Under the pieces are notes generated by a model. The model saw only the letters and a list, made by a program, of their open reading frames with translations. It had not been told where the DNA came from and made no database searches. A DNA stretch of 64,000 nt. Origin: Strigamia acuminata. Taxonomy: Eukaryota. Shown here in pieces: positions 62,561-64,000 of the stretch (the first letter of the stretch is position 1; every line of letters begins with the position of its first letter). Location: assembly GCA_949358305.1 (NCBI GenBank), contig OX442314.1, positions 1,612,001-1,676,000 on the forward strand, read 5' to 3'. The position numbers and the translations under genes were made by a program.

Positions 62561-62641
62561 TTTAAAAGCAATACATTACAAAAATGAATAAATAAACCGT
62601 TAGCAAAGTCTGTCAGAGCTGAGACCAGAAACAGAATCACT

Positions 62642-63405
62642 AGGTGCATTCAATTCAAAAGGGTTTTTCCCGTTTTCCCCGTTTTCGTCGTTTTCGCCGT
62701 TTTCCCACACCGGATGTAGACGCATTTGACGTCACATTTCGAAAATCGGTTTTTTCGAAAACCGTTTTCGTGAAAACCAGAATATCGTGGTTTTCGTGGT
62801 TTTAAAATCGTTTTCCCGGGCCGCCATTTTGTAATAGAATAGATCGGCGGTGGAAGCACACACAAAAATGTAGGCCCATTCAATCTATTTGTACAACTAT
62901 TATGCCTTCAAGAACGATCGAATTCGGCCAATTTTCGGGCGCATTTGTGCGACGAATGCGGCCAATTTTCGGGCGCATTTGCGCGTCGAATGCGGCCAAT
63001 TTTCGGGCGCATTTGCGCGTCGAATGCGGCCAATTTTCGAGCGCATTTGTGCGTCGAATGCGGCCAATTTTCGGGCGCATTTGCGCGTCGAATGCGGCCA
63101 AATTTTCGGCCGCATTTGCACGATCGAAAGCTGCCGATTTTGGCCGGATCTGTGCGATCGAATGTGGCCGATGTTCGGCTGATTTTCCGTTCCCAAATGA
63201 ATAACAACAATACTATTAATTTTAACAAACCTACATTACGAATGCATTTTGTGATTTGTCATGTGATCATGTGCAGACTGAGCATACTCCATGGCTGTTA
63301 AAAACTGTTGGTAATAACGCTGCTCAATATTTAAAACCGTTTTCATCGTTTTCGGAAAACGACGAAAAACGGTTTTTGAAAGCCATTTTAGAATTGAATG
63401 CACCT
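62642..63405. mobile_element. Non-autonomous TIR element (Harbinger-like) with an internal ~34-bp tandem repeat
   Basis: TIR AGGTGCATTCAATTC…GAATTGAATGCACCT with 3-bp TSD ACT. Internal repeats resemble those at 44290-44500. Confidence 0.75.
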
Positions 63406-64000
63406 ACTATCTCTGTGGAAACAGAATCGTTATCTCTGTGGAAACAGAATCGTTATCTCTGTGGAAACAGAATCGTTATCTCTGTGGAAACAGAATCGTT
63501 ATTTCTGTGGACACAGAATCGTTATCTCTGTGGAAACAGAATCGTTATCTCTGTGGAAACAGAATCGTTATCTCTGTGGAAACAGAATCGTTATCTCTGT
63601 GGAAACAGAATCGTTATTTGTGGTAATTGCAAAACTGTCAAACTTGAGACCATAAACAGAATCGTTATTTGTGGTAATTGCAAAACTGTCAGACTTGAGA
63701 CCATAAACAGAATCGTTATTTGTGGTAATTGCAAAACTGTCAGACTTGAGACCATAAACAGAATCGTAAAATTTTTGTGGTAATTAATTGCAAAACCGAG
63801 GTAATTGCAAAACGGTCAGACTTAAGTCCACAAACAGAATCGTTATTTCTGTGGTAACTGTATGTCTCAGAAAAACATTCACATACGTGACTCTGATTGG
63901 CGGACTATGCCTTATGATATGGTAAGTATGATGACAGGTGTCAGAGAAAACGTATTATATGGTTAAAGTTCTATGTTCAAAAAATCAATTAGTTTACAGT

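Overview
Animal genomic DNA, probably invertebrate, in two very different parts. Part 1 (1 to ~25371) is GC/CpG-rich and saturated with microsatellites. It looks like the right-hand part of a giant piggyBac-type element with virus-like cargo; its left end lies outside the window. It carries an intact six-exon piggyBac transposase (DDD triad plus Cys-rich tail), a type II thymidine kinase with an intronless CDS, a nine-exon C2H2/PHD-finger gene and several spliced orphan genes. It also carries six copies of a Pol III-type RNA (tRNA-like head, variable core, conserved two-hairpin tail), a six-unit ~600-bp array with a UUCG hairpin, and a palindromic origin-like array before a candidate piggyBac end (…GAAGG|TTAT). 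Part 2 (~25372-64000) is AT-rich host DNA. The giant element sits in one LTR retrotransposon, which is inserted in the pol of a Gypsy element with a probably spliced accessory ORF. Next come a C2H2 gene broken by a solo LTR, a CMTR1 pseudogene, several MITEs, a near-intact Copia element with one stop codon, and a DEG/ENaC gene with two subunits fused in one frame. All gene models were assembled by eye from GT-AG sites and no database search was run.
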